Assembly (NCBI GenBank): GCA_963977445.1
Contig: CAXBPH010000200.1
Span: 1-13,173 of the forward strand
Reading direction: 5' to 3'
From: an uncultured bacterium
Lineage (GTDB): Bacteria; Hydrogenedentota; Hydrogenedentia; Hydrogenedentales; JAEUWI01
Length of the DNA: 13,173 nt
Under the pieces are notes generated by a model. The model worked only from the letters and a program-made list of their open reading frames with translations. It did no database searches and was not told the origin of the DNA. Within the stretch, counting starts at the first letter, position 1. Each line of letters begins with the position of its first letter. The position numbers were made by a program, and so were the translations under genes. Positions 1-7,802 of this stretch are shown here, piece by piece.

Positions 1-592
1 AATGGATGGCGGTGAAGGTTCCCCAGAAGTTGCCGGTCCGCCCGCCGCGCCAGTGCCACACGGGCCGGACACGCACGGTATTGCGAACTCCAATGTGCCA
101 ATGGCGACAAAAAGCCGTTTGGACGAGGCCGGCATGGGCCTGGAGGACGCAACGTGGCGGGTGCTCCGTTATAGCGACCTTCGCAGCCTCGTTCCGGGCA
201 ACGATCCTCGTCCGCCCGGCAGGGAAATTGAGCTTCACATTACGGGCAACATGGAGCGTTACCTGTGGGGCTTCGACGGCAAGAAGTTTTCCGAGGCGGA
301 ACCCATCGTGTTTATTCACGGCGAAAGGCTGCGCCTGACACTCGTGAACGACACCATGATGAATCATCCCATTCACCTCCACGGGATGTTCATGGAGCTC
401 GATAATGGCTCGGGCCAATTCAATCCAAGAAAACATACCGCGAATGTGAAGCCGGCCGAACGCATCTCCCTGGACATAACTGCCGACGCTCTCGGCAACT
501 GGGCCTTCCACTGCCATATCCTGTATCACATGGAAGCGGGTATGTTTCGCGTCGTGTCCGTCCGGGAAGCAAAAGAAGGGATTACGTCATGA
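1..592 (+). CDS. copA: Copper-resistance multicopper oxidase CopA family, C-terminal part (5' end outside window)
   Basis: Frame from nt 2 has the C-terminal MCO Cu motifs MNHPIHLHGM and WAFHCHILYHMEAGMFRVV, plus the CopA-typical RELxLHxTGNMERYxW-like and RxRLTLVNDTMM segments. Stop overlaps the copB start (ATGA, 589-592). Confidence 0.95.
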   Translation, partial: MDGGEGSPEVAGPPAAPVPHGPDTHGIANSNVPMATKSRLDEAGMGLEDATWRVLRYSDLRSLVPGNDPRPPGREIELHITGNMERYLWGFDGKKFSEAEPIVFIHGERLRLTLVNDTMMNHPIHLHGMFMELDNGSGQFNPRKHTANVKPAERISLDITADALGNWAFHCHILYHMEAGMFRVVSVREAKEGITS

Positions 593-1482
593 AAAAAGAA
601 TCCTGCTACACTAGGCGATTCGCTGTGGTCACAGCGATTCTATTTCATTGTTGGATGCTCGAATCGAACGCTCACGGGCAAGAAGCCGTCATGCGGATGA
701 ACGGGCACGGACAGATATCGGCGGAGAAACCGGCCACGCCGGAGAATGTACCAACGGCTACCGTCTCTACCAATGCCGAGACAAAGCTACACGTCGGAAA
801 CATTGGAAATGATTGGCCGCCCCCGGTGGAAGACTCGCAGCGATTCGCTTCGTTCCGCTTCGATCGACTCGAATACGCGCTGGGCAAGAACGCAGACATT
901 TTACGGTGGGACGCTACGGGGTGGTATGGCGGTGACTATAACCGGTTTTGGTTGAAGTCAGAAGGTGACTGGAAAATTTCCAATGATGGCGCTGGTGTTG
1001 TCGAAGTCCAGGCATTGTATGGCCGATTCATTGCCCGCTATTGGGATCTACAGCTAGGGCTTCGTCACGACTATCTTTTCGGGCCGGGAGCCAATCGTTC
1101 GCGGACGTTTGCGGTTATCGGCCTCCAAGGGCTCGCGCCCTACCGGTTTGAGCTCGAGCCTGCGCTGTTCATAAGCCAGGATGGTGACCTGTCAGCGCGC
1201 TTGACGGCATCCTATGACCTGTTGCTCACTCAACGGCTAATACTTCAGCCGCGGGCGGACATGGATGTAGCCCTGCAATCGGTGGATGAATTCGGGGTCG
1301 GAAAAGGGTTCAATAGCCTTGACCTTGGTATGCGACTGCGCTATGAGGTCAAACGCGAATTCGCGCCTTACGTGGGCATCCAATGGAGTCGCACGTTCGG
1401 TGAAACCGCAGCATTGGCCAGGCGAGGCGGTGAATCTACGGAAAATGTCGAAGTCCTCTTCGGCCTCAGCATCCGATTCTAA
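589..1482 (+). CDS. copB: Copper resistance protein B (outer-membrane CopB family)
   Basis: CopB-typical segments FDRLEY, WYGGDYNRFWLKSEG, EVQALY, GLQGLAPYRFE, YDLLLTQRLILQP, GMRLRYEVKREFAPYVG. C-terminal Phe. Translationally coupled to copA. Confidence 0.95.
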   Translation: MKKESCYTRRFAVVTAILFHCWMLESNAHGQEAVMRMNGHGQISAEKPATPENVPTATVSTNAETKLHVGNIGNDWPPPVEDSQRFASFRFDRLEYALGKNADILRWDATGWYGGDYNRFWLKSEGDWKISNDGAGVVEVQALYGRFIARYWDLQLGLRHDYLFGPGANRSRTFAVIGLQGLAPYRFELEPALFISQDGDLSARLTASYDLLLTQRLILQPRADMDVALQSVDEFGVGKGFNSLDLGMRLRYEVKREFAPYVGIQWSRTFGETAALARRGGESTENVEVLFGLSIRF

Positions 1483-1494
1483 CCTCGGACAGGC

Positions 1495-1812
1495 GATCAG
1501 GATTCAGGTGGTCGTTTGAATCGTGAGAACATCAACTCGGTGATCCTGGTCACGCCGGACCACTGACACGAGTTACCCGAAGTAATGGTTTGGGCCGCTG
1601 AGAAGGAGGTCTGCGTCGAGATGCCACAGGCTTACTCGTTGGTCAACGGGGCCAGGGGGCAGGCTTCGGCTATTTTCGCCCTGCTTGCCAATATCGCCTT
1701 CCGCGCGGGTCGCAAGCTCCAATGGGACGCCAGCAATGATCGCTTCGCCCAGGAGTCTGATTTCGAATCTCTTTTATTTGGAAAGCGTTCATTCACATAC
1801 ACCAATTCGTAA
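1495..1812 (+). pseudogene. Internally deleted remnant of a Gfo/Idh/MocA-family NAD(P)-dependent oxidoreductase
   Basis: Frame 1 reads LNRENINSVILVTPDH*HELPEVMVWAAEKEVCVEMP, matching the family motif DIDAVxxxTPDHWH...AGKxVYxEKP with W->TGA at 1564-1566. This is joined almost directly to LANIAFRAGRKLQWDASNDRF, the C-terminal motif LxNIAxRxGRKLxWD. Boundaries approximate. Confidence 0.8.
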
Positions 1813-2323
1813 ATCCCCTGGCTCGATTTGCTTCGCGGCATTCTCGGAAAGGACATCACGCAGATAGCTCCGAAGCTTGTCGCACCATCATATCGGCCCT
1901 CTGACCGCTCCAGGTGGTAAGCAAATGGCCTTTGCAGTGTCCAGAATATTACCCCCTCGGTTCGTATTGGCAACTCGAAGCTTAGGCTGTTGCCCTGATG
2001 GCCCCTGCTTGTCTGCCTCAAGCAGCTTGGCACGAATTGTGCCTCGTCTAAAATGCGTCGAGACGAAAAACGTACGCGGTAACACGGTGAAAGGAATCCC
2101 GCCGGCCAAGGCCTCGGAAACCCACCTGAATCGGTGTACACTCTGTAGTCACTGGGCTGCTGCTCATGGGGTTATTAAGTAGTTGCGCAATAACTACGTA
2201 ATGCCCTGATAAGCCCAAAAGATCCCGACGTTGTGAAATGTCCACGCCAAGCGCTACCGGCTGAAGAAATTCCACCATATACGAAAGTTCGACGACACGG
2301 TCAGGGAAAACTCTGTGAAGGGA

Positions 2324-2353
2324 GCAGGAGAGAGGGCGCGTCCCCTCCCCTGC
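2324..2353 (-). terminator. Probable terminator hairpin downstream of the amidohydrolase
   Basis: On the minus strand GCAGGGGAGGGG pairs with CCTCTCTCCTGC (12 bp including two G-U), about 20 nt after the stop. The U-tract is weak. Confidence 0.5.
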
Positions 2354-2375
2354 GAATTGGCCGTGGGAAACCGGG

Positions 2376-3335
2376 CTATCCGAGCATGCCCAGGAGCTTT
2401 CGGGCGTTGTCTCGATAAATCTTTGCCGCTACTTCTTCGGGCAGGTTAAAGGAATCGAAGACCTCAAACTGAGGCACACCCTGGCCCGGGGCGAGGTAGT
2501 CGGTGCCAAAAAGAAGACGGTCGGCGTATTTGATACAGAATTCCCGACCATGTTCCGGATCGCGACTGAAGGCGTTGGCCCCACTGCCCGCCGAAACGTC
2601 GCCATAAATGTTCGGATAGGTATCATAGAGTCGGCCCATGGCACCACCGGGATGTACCTTTCCCTTGGGGTATTGCTGAAGCGTGGATTGCTCCACGTCG
2701 CCACTGATAGAGGCCCACCAACCCTGAGCATGGCCGATAAAGATGCCCTCCGGCAGGGCCTTCAACACGTTTTCAAGTCCCGGAAGTCCAGGCTTGTCTG
2801 TGTTGCGAGCGTTGTCGAGATGAAAGAGGACCGGAAAGCCCACATCGGCGCAGGCCGAAAAGATCTCCAGGTTGCGGGGGTCATCCATAGCGACGCCCGG
2901 TTTGCTCTCGCCAAAGCCTTTGCACCCGGCATCCTGGTATTTGTGGAGGAGATCCCGCTTTGCCTGGGCGTTGAGGTTGATGGTGCGGGGGTCAATGGAG
3001 CAAAAGGGAATGAGCCGATCGCGATGATCCTTCGTTTCCTTCAGGATAAAATCGGTGGTGAGGGGGTGGTCCCACGATTCGGGATTAATCAGCGGCAACA
3101 CCACGGCTTGGGCGATTTCGTGTTCATCCATCCACTTCAGCAAGTCGATGGCTTCGAGTTTTTCTTTGGTGCCCCATTGCTGACCCAGGTGGGTGTGGAT
3201 GTCCACATACTTCCCAGCGGGGAAGCTCGCGGCCCGGGATGGCGATGCCGCGAGAGAGGCGCCCATCAGGGCAGCACCTGCGGCCAATGTTGTGCGGTGA
3301 AAGTCGCGGCGGGAAAGTGGACGGTCAATATTCAT
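2376..3335 (-). CDS. Tat-exported metal-dependent amidohydrolase (Amidohydro_2-like TIM barrel)
   Basis: Metal motifs DIHTH, PVLFH, FIGHA, DRLLFGTDY, and C-terminal NARKLLG. Twin-arginine signal SRRDFH followed by a hydrophobic stretch. GAGGT RBS upstream of the ATG. Confidence 0.9.
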   Translation of the reverse strand: MNIDRPLSRRDFHRTTLAAGAALMGASLAASPSRAASFPAGKYVDIHTHLGQQWGTKEKLEAIDLLKWMDEHEIAQAVVLPLINPESWDHPLTTDFILKETKDHRDRLIPFCSIDPRTINLNAQAKRDLLHKYQDAGCKGFGESKPGVAMDDPRNLEIFSACADVGFPVLFHLDNARNTDKPGLPGLENVLKALPEGIFIGHAQGWWASISGDVEQSTLQQYPKGKVHPGGAMGRLYDTYPNIYGDVSAGSGANAFSRDPEHGREFCIKYADRLLFGTDYLAPGQGVPQFEVFDSFNLPEEVAAKIYRDNARKLLGMLG

Positions 3336-3426
3336 GGCTAACTACCTCGTTATGTCAGGTCGGGCAGGGGAGATTTGCTTGGATCGCCCGACACGCGGAT
3401 TTTGAAAGTACAGGTCCTATAAAAAA

Positions 3427-3456
3427 GGTATACCTGTCGCAGGGGGCTATGGGCAA
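3427..3456 (-). promoter_or_regulatory. Possible sigma70-type promoter for the amidohydrolase
   Basis: Minus strand TTGCCC-N18-TATACC just past the upstream terminator. The -10 lies within the palindrome AGGTATACCT (3426-3435). Coordinates approximate. Confidence 0.3.
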
Positions 3457-3462
3457 GCCCCG

Positions 3463-3502
3463 TAAAAATAGAATCAGGAGGGCGGAAAACCCGCCCTCCT
3501 GA
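3463..3502 (-). terminator. Rho-independent terminator of the heme-binding protein gene
   Basis: Perfect 12-bp stem TCAGGAGGGCGG (3474-3485) / CCGCCCTCCTGA (3491-3502), 5-nt loop, followed on the minus strand by TTCTATTTTTA. Confidence 0.85.
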
Positions 3503-3531
3503 ATAATTCGGGTCTGTAACTACGGAAATGA

Positions 3532-6500
3532 CTACTGTGTGCTCAACGACATCAGGTAGGCGACAAGATTAGACATGCCTTCCAGGCTGACCGCTTCTTC
3601 CAGGCCTTCGGGCATGAGAGAGAGCTCTGCGCTTTCCGTCGACTCAATGTTGACGCGGAGGATGGTGTCCGCTTCCCCGTTGGCCCGTTTCACCGTAACA
3701 CTGGTGGCCGTTTCGCTGGAAATGATTCCGCTGTAGGTTTCCCAGTCTTTCGTTTCTACGGTGAAATTCACATAGGCCGGGTTAATTTCCCGGTTGGGAT
3801 CGAGGACGTTCAGCAGAATGGCTTCGGCACCCCGCGCACCAATCGAACCAAGATCGGGTCCAACGGCGTATCCTTTGCCCTCGAGCTGGTGACACTTGCT
3901 GCACTGTTCGATGAAGAGGGCACGACCCTTTTCGATGTCACCCGCCATCGTAAGCGCCGGGCGGTATTTCTCTACCACCTCGTCACGGGCGGTGGGGGTC
4001 CGTGTACCTAAGAGGGCGATGGCCTTTTCCTTGATAGCGTCGTCGGGATAGTTCACCAGGAAATGGACCCGGTTGGAATCCAGGGCCTTGGGCGAAATCC
4101 GACCACCTTCGATGGCGTTGAGGGCCAGCGTGGTCCAACCTTTGCGGGAAAACAGCGTTTCCACCGCCTGCGCCCGGACGCCGGGACTGAAGGAGTCGAA
4201 GGGGGCGATGATCGCTTCGGCACCGCTGTCGACGCCATAACTGCCGACGGTCTTGATGGCGGCAATCTGGACGTCACTCGTGGCGGCGCTTGCCAGTACT
4301 TCAGCGAGCAGGGGGATAGATTCATCCGCCGGGGCGAAAGAAAGATTCTTAATCGCTTCGATGCGGTCTTCGGCTTTTGCCTCGCTGTTTTCGGCGGTTG
4401 TGCGGGCACTGGCGAGCATGTCCGTCAGCAATCCTTGGGCCAGGGCACTCTGGGCGAGTACTTCGGGAGCAAGGGTGCCCTGCCCACCGAGACGCATGCC
4501 ATCGATCATGCCGCGAACAGCAGCCTGGGCCAGTTTGGCATCGTCACCCGTGAGGGAATCGAGCTTGGCGACGGCAATAGCCAGGGTTTCTTTGGAGCCC
4601 GTGGCACCCGCATATTTGGCCAGTTCCTGAACCAGGGCCGGGGCTTTTTCGTTGCTCCGGAACGTGGCATCAGCGAGCACCAGTTGAAGGGCTTCATCAG
4701 CGCCAATATAGAGGGAGCTCTTGGCCGCCAACTGAATCCACGTGTCGTCCATATTCTTCATGAGAAGCTGGGCGAGGGCTTCGTTACGTTTTTCACCCGT
4801 TGCGGCACCGAGGCTGAAGGCCAACTGGTACTGAACCTGGGGTGTGGGATCAGACTCCAGGGCAATGACGCTGTCGAGCAAGGATGCGTTGTCCGCCAGG
4901 AAGGCTTCGGAGAGGCGAATGGCGTGTTCCCGTACTTTTGGAGAAGGGTCTTTCAGCGCCGGGGCTACATCGTCAGCGGACAAGGCGCCAAGGCCGTCCA
5001 GGGCGTAGAGTGCACGGATGCGGCCTTCCGGGCGATGACCGGAAGTTACCAGCGCCTTCAGGGCCGGCACGGCACCCTGGTCCTGCTGTTCGTAGATCAA
5101 GCGTGCTGCGGTTTCCCGGTGCCAGCCATTGTCGTGATCCAGGGTGGCCACCAGCTCAGCGGTAGTTGCGTCGCCCAAGCGGGGCTGGGCAGGTTGCGTG
5201 AAGCCATCGGGAATAACCCGGTAGATGCGACCGCGGTCACGGCCACTCGTGAGGTCCAGGTGCTTCTTGATAAGGGGAGGGAGGCTCAGGGGATGTTCAA
5301 TAATCTCGCGATACATATCCATGACGTAGAGCGTGCCATCGGGCGCATTCGCATATTGAACCGGTCGGAACCAGGTGTCGGTGGAACGAAGAAACTCGGT
5401 GTTCTGGTCGGCCCGATCAGCCACCAGGAGAATATTGTCTTCATTGATAGTCTTGCGGTGAACCAACTGGCTGCCCGCGTCACCGATAAAGGCGTTGCCA
5501 TAGTATTCTGCCGGCCAGGCATTACCGCGATAGATGGTCACGCCCGTGGCACCGGTAAAGTAGCCGGCCGGTGTGCCGCCACCTTCAACTATTCCGGGAA
5601 CGATTCCCTTCACACGAAGGCGGGTGCGCACGATACGCCAGGGTTCAATCGGGCTGATGCGATAGACCGTAGCGGCCGCACCGTCGGAGGCGATACTCAT
5701 GCGGGAGCCGGGAGCGGCCAGGTAGGGGTTGCGCGCCAGATAGCTGTCGTCAAACATGACCTGCTGGATGTGGTCACTGTTGGAGCTTACAAAGCGACGG
5801 CCCCAGGGGTCTATGCTCATACCATGCTGCCCGCCGCCGCTGATGGGAGAGAGGGTGCGTGATTTGGGTTCAATGGTAAAGTCCCGTCCACGAAGGGAGA
5901 GGGCCAGGGCACCGGGGTCATTTGCGGGTTTTACATCGGCACCCGAGGTGCTGGTGGCGCCATAGATTTTATTGTCCAGCCCCCACTTGAGGGTGTTCAT
6001 CAGGCCCTGAACGTTTTTCAGGCTGAAACCGGTGTACACCACTTCACGGTGGTCGGCGACGCCATCACCCGTCGTGTCTTTGCAATAAAGAATGTCCGGT
6101 GGAACGCCAATAAAGACACCGCCGTCGTAGCAGGTGACCGCCGTGGGCCAGGCCAGATTGTCGACATAGATGGATCGCTTGTCGTAGTGGCCATCGCCGT
6201 CCGTATCTTCGAGGCGCGACACGAGACCGGCGTTTTCATCGTACTGCTCGGAGTAGCCGCGCATTTCCACCACAAATAGGCCACCCTGTTCGTCGAAGGC
6301 GATGGCAATGGGGTCGGCGACGAGGGGCTCGGCGGCCACCTGATCCACCTTGAAGCCCGCATGGACCTCAAAAGAGCCCAGCGCGTCTTTCGGCGAAAGT
6401 GCCTCAAAACGGGGAAGCTCGGCAGCATAGTCTCGGTCAAGGCTGTCATCCACGTCGTCTTGAGCGATACTCGGGGTAGCCCCCAAGGCGATTACGCAGG

Positions 6501-6552
6501 CACCTAGACCTACGCGTCTGCCGAGTCTGCCTATATCGTTCCACTGTATCAT
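3532..6552 (-). CDS. PVC-type heme-binding CxxCH protein (putative dehydrogenase beta-propeller + HEAT repeats + C-terminal cytochrome c), 1006 aa
   Basis: Signal peptide, then family segments AAEPLVADPIAIAFD, LEDTDGDG, WGLDNKIY, FRPVQYANAPDGTLYVMDMYREIIEHP, RGRIYRV. HEAT-like NGWHRETAARL and DPSPKVREHAIRL. Heme motif CSKCH (3903-3889), VGPDL and SLMPEGLE (distal Met). Start moved from 6642 to ATG 6552, which has AAGGAG 7 nt upstream. Confidence 0.92.
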   Translation of the reverse strand: MIQWNDIGRLGRRVGLGACVIALGATPSIAQDDVDDSLDRDYAAELPRFEALSPKDALGSFEVHAGFKVDQVAAEPLVADPIAIAFDEQGGLFVVEMRGYSEQYDENAGLVSRLEDTDGDGHYDKRSIYVDNLAWPTAVTCYDGGVFIGVPPDILYCKDTTGDGVADHREVVYTGFSLKNVQGLMNTLKWGLDNKIYGATSTSGADVKPANDPGALALSLRGRDFTIEPKSRTLSPISGGGQHGMSIDPWGRRFVSSNSDHIQQVMFDDSYLARNPYLAAPGSRMSIASDGAAATVYRISPIEPWRIVRTRLRVKGIVPGIVEGGGTPAGYFTGATGVTIYRGNAWPAEYYGNAFIGDAGSQLVHRKTINEDNILLVADRADQNTEFLRSTDTWFRPVQYANAPDGTLYVMDMYREIIEHPLSLPPLIKKHLDLTSGRDRGRIYRVIPDGFTQPAQPRLGDATTAELVATLDHDNGWHRETAARLIYEQQDQGAVPALKALVTSGHRPEGRIRALYALDGLGALSADDVAPALKDPSPKVREHAIRLSEAFLADNASLLDSVIALESDPTPQVQYQLAFSLGAATGEKRNEALAQLLMKNMDDTWIQLAAKSSLYIGADEALQLVLADATFRSNEKAPALVQELAKYAGATGSKETLAIAVAKLDSLTGDDAKLAQAAVRGMIDGMRLGGQGTLAPEVLAQSALAQGLLTDMLASARTTAENSEAKAEDRIEAIKNLSFAPADESIPLLAEVLASAATSDVQIAAIKTVGSYGVDSGAEAIIAPFDSFSPGVRAQAVETLFSRKGWTTLALNAIEGGRISPKALDSNRVHFLVNYPDDAIKEKAIALLGTRTPTARDEVVEKYRPALTMAGDIEKGRALFIEQCSKCHQLEGKGYAVGPDLGSIGARGAEAILLNVLDPNREINPAYVNFTVETKDWETYSGIISSETATSVTVKRANGEADTILRVNIESTESAELSLMPEGLEEAVSLEGMSNLVAYLMSLSTQ

Positions 6553-6667
6553 GTTGTACTCCTTGCTTCGGGTTTCAGGGTAACTACGCCACGATGAGGC
6601 GCGTGGATCGCCGTGCAGGACATCGTCGGGAGACGGAATCACGGCGATTCAGGGTTTCTGTAATGAA

Positions 6668-6702
6668 GCCGTAGTATCCGAACTATGCCGTAGTAAATTC
6701 AA
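6668..6702 (-). promoter_or_regulatory. Candidate promoter of the heme-binding protein gene, overlapped by a 9-bp direct repeat
   Basis: Minus strand TTGAAT(6702-6697)-N18-GATACT(6678-6673). GCCGTAGTA occurs at 6668-6676 and 6687-6695. Confidence 0.35.
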
Positions 6703-6817
6703 GCCGCCACCCACGTGATGAGTAGAAAGGCGACCAAAACCCACGGATTCACCCGGCTCAGTGAATAAATAGCTTCGATTCGCGTCCATGTCATTGCGGT
6801 TCTGACCAATCGACGGT

Positions 6818-6846
6818 TTGAAGGGCAGGCCGTATTTTGCTATTGT
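6818..6846 (+). promoter_or_regulatory. Sigma70-type promoter for the oxidase cluster
   Basis: TTGAAG (6818-6823), 17-nt spacer, TATTGT (6841-6846), with extended -10 TG at 6838-6839. Confidence 0.6.
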
Positions 6847-6852
6847 TAAGCG

Positions 6853-6871
6853 CTGATTGTAATTTAATCAG
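6853..6871. promoter_or_regulatory. Palindromic operator candidate at the predicted transcription start
   Basis: CTGATT-GTAATTT-AATCAG: 6-bp inverted arms with a 7-nt AT-rich spacer, starting 7 nt after the -10 box. Confidence 0.45.
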
Positions 6872-7003
6872 GTATGGGGGATGGGCGACATTTCGCCTGC
6901 TTCCCGTTTACGTGACCGCCAGTAGTCCAATCAAAGGACGCCGGTCTTGCAGTGGTAGTCCTTTTGCAAGTATTCCGGCGCTCAATATAGGAGTAAAGGT
7001 ACT

Positions 7004-7726
7004 ATGATACGTTCCCTGCGTAATTTAACCATTGCCGCCGTCACGGTGACGTGCAGCGGCGCATTTGCGGGCTCCATCACGGGTAAAATCGTGTATGAAG
7101 GTTCCGTGCCCGCCTCTATCACCAAGCCCATCGACACCAGCGGCGACCCCCAATGCGCTGCCCACGCCGATGGAAAGGGTCCAGTCAATGAGGTGCTCGT
7201 TCTGGGTCCAGGCCAGACCATGGCCAATATCGTGGTCAAGGTGATTAAGGGACTTCCCGAAGGCAAGACGTGGGATGCGCCCACCGAAGCTGCGGAAATG
7301 ACCCAGAAGGGTTGCCAATATTCACCCCACGTGCTGGCTATCCAGTTGGGCCAGAAGGTCAAGGTATTGAACCCCGATGGCATCCTGCACAACGTGAATT
7401 GCCAGCCCAAGTTAAACAAAGCGGCCAACAGAGCCATGCCCAAGAATCTCACCGAGCTGGAATTCGACTTTGATCAGATCGAAGACCCCTTCCGCTTCAA
7501 GTGTGACGTACACCCCTGGATGATGGCCTATTGCACCGTTATTGCCCATCCCTTCTTCGACGTGACTGAAGTTGACGGTGTGTTCACCATCGACGGCCTC
7601 GAGCCGGGTGAATATGAAATCGAAGCCTGGCACGAACGCCTGGGCACCCAGACCGCGACGGTAACCGTGACGGCCGACAAGGCGGGTGAAGCCGACTTTA
7701 CCTTCTCCCGGCCTTCCCGTAACTGA
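7004..7726 (+). CDS. Secreted cupredoxin-domain protein (type 1 Cu site) embedded in a carboxypeptidase-regulatory-like beta-sandwich
   Basis: Sec signal ending AFA. GSITGKI start, QKGCQYSPHV, NPDGILHNV (H129), CDVHPWM (C167, H170, M173), and DGVFTIDGLEPGEYEIEAWHERLG. AGGAG RBS at 6989-6993. Confidence 0.85.
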   Translation: MIRSLRNLTIAAVTVTCSGAFAGSITGKIVYEGSVPASITKPIDTSGDPQCAAHADGKGPVNEVLVLGPGQTMANIVVKVIKGLPEGKTWDAPTEAAEMTQKGCQYSPHVLAIQLGQKVKVLNPDGILHNVNCQPKLNKAANRAMPKNLTELEFDFDQIEDPFRFKCDVHPWMMAYCTVIAHPFFDVTEVDGVFTIDGLEPGEYEIEAWHERLGTQTATVTVTADKAGEADFTFSRPSRN

Positions 7727-7741
7727 TAATTTCACTGTGGT

Positions 7742-7768
7742 TGCCGGGGCGACAACGTCGCCCCGGCA
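7742..7768. repeat. Perfect intergenic GC-rich stem-loop
   Basis: TGCCGGGGCGAC-AAC-GTCGCCCCGGCA, 12-bp stem, no adjacent U-tract. Confidence 0.8.
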
Positions 7769-7802
7769 CATGGTTCTTAACTTCGGGGGATAATACCCTT
7801 CC

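Noticed and set aside
1564..1566. In-frame TGA as selenocysteine or recoded Trp
   Set aside because: It replaces a Trp in an otherwise degraded and deleted gene, TGA is used as a normal stop elsewhere in the window, and Trp is TGG in intact genes.
2168..2216. Integron attC or dif site
   Set aside because: Lacks the RYYYAAC...GTTRRRY arrangement and the XerD arm; no integrase in the window.
1632..2278. Overlapping short ORFs (169, 101, 73, 76 aa)
   Set aside because: No clear RBS, motifs or coding-like composition.
2550..3341. 263-aa plus-strand ORF
   Set aside because: Antisense shadow of the amidohydrolase.
4063..5862. 599-aa plus-strand ORF
   Set aside because: Lies wholly antisense to the CxxCH gene and has no recognisable motifs; typical stop-poor shadow frame of a GC-rich gene.
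6553..6642. 30-aa N-terminal extension of the CxxCH protein given by the ORF track
   Set aside because: ATG 6552 has a strong RBS and directly precedes the signal peptide.
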